The position numbers were made by a program, and so were the translations under genes. Of a DNA stretch of 64,000 bases, positions 63,923 to 64,000 are shown in pieces. Within the stretch, counting starts at the first letter, position 1; every line of letters starts with the position of its first letter. Source of the DNA: Tubulanus polymorphus (taxonomy: Eukaryota > Animalia > Nemertea); assembly GCF_964204645.1 (NCBI RefSeq), contig NC_134027.1, positions 12,680,485 through 12,744,484 of the forward strand. Reading direction: 5' to 3'. Under the pieces are notes generated by a model, which searched no databases, had not been told where the DNA came from, and saw nothing but the letters and a program-made list of their open reading frames with translations.

Positions 63923-64000
63923 AGTAATAGGGGTAATGGGCTTTCAAGCCAAAGGTCGAAGGGTCGAGCTCATTAAAAAACAAAACATTAAAAGTAATTT
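63923..64000. mobile_element. Terminus of a second, related Maverick inserted into the capsid-like gene
   Basis: agtaatagg...aatgg..ctttc...aggtcg.a.ggtcgagctcattaaa matches 58724-58778 in the same orientation; capsid-like frame stops here. Confidence 0.7.

Overview
AT-rich invertebrate (metazoan) genomic DNA. The host gene is a septin-7 orthologue on the minus strand. Nine core coding exons lie between 22102 and 1679, and the last exons fall outside the window. Its variable 5' region spans about 32 kb more, with candidate alternative first exons (54.2-54.5 kb, 47.6 kb, 27.9-28.3 kb), a candidate 2-nt microexon (43248-43249) that repairs the reading frame, and a 27-nt microexon (31611-31637). 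The introns are packed with transposons. The largest is a 6.6-kb Helentron/Helitron2-type element (about 9805-16428), antisense to the septin. It carries a spliced gene with a nuclear-localisation-like leader and two deubiquitinase domains (herpes-tegument-like VTD plus OTU), both frameshifted, and has no Rep/helicase. Others are Helentron-associated non-autonomous repeats, PIF/Harbinger, piggyBac-, Tc1-, Mutator- and CACTA-like MITEs, LINE 3' ends and Penelope fragments with hammerhead-ribozyme cores. The window ends in a decayed Maverick/Polinton-type element (capsid-like gene, integrase-chromodomain, packaging ATPase, two unknown ORFs). It is inserted into a second Helentron copy and is itself interrupted by a second Maverick-like terminus. 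All coordinates were read by eye; family assignments come from motif recognition, not database searches.
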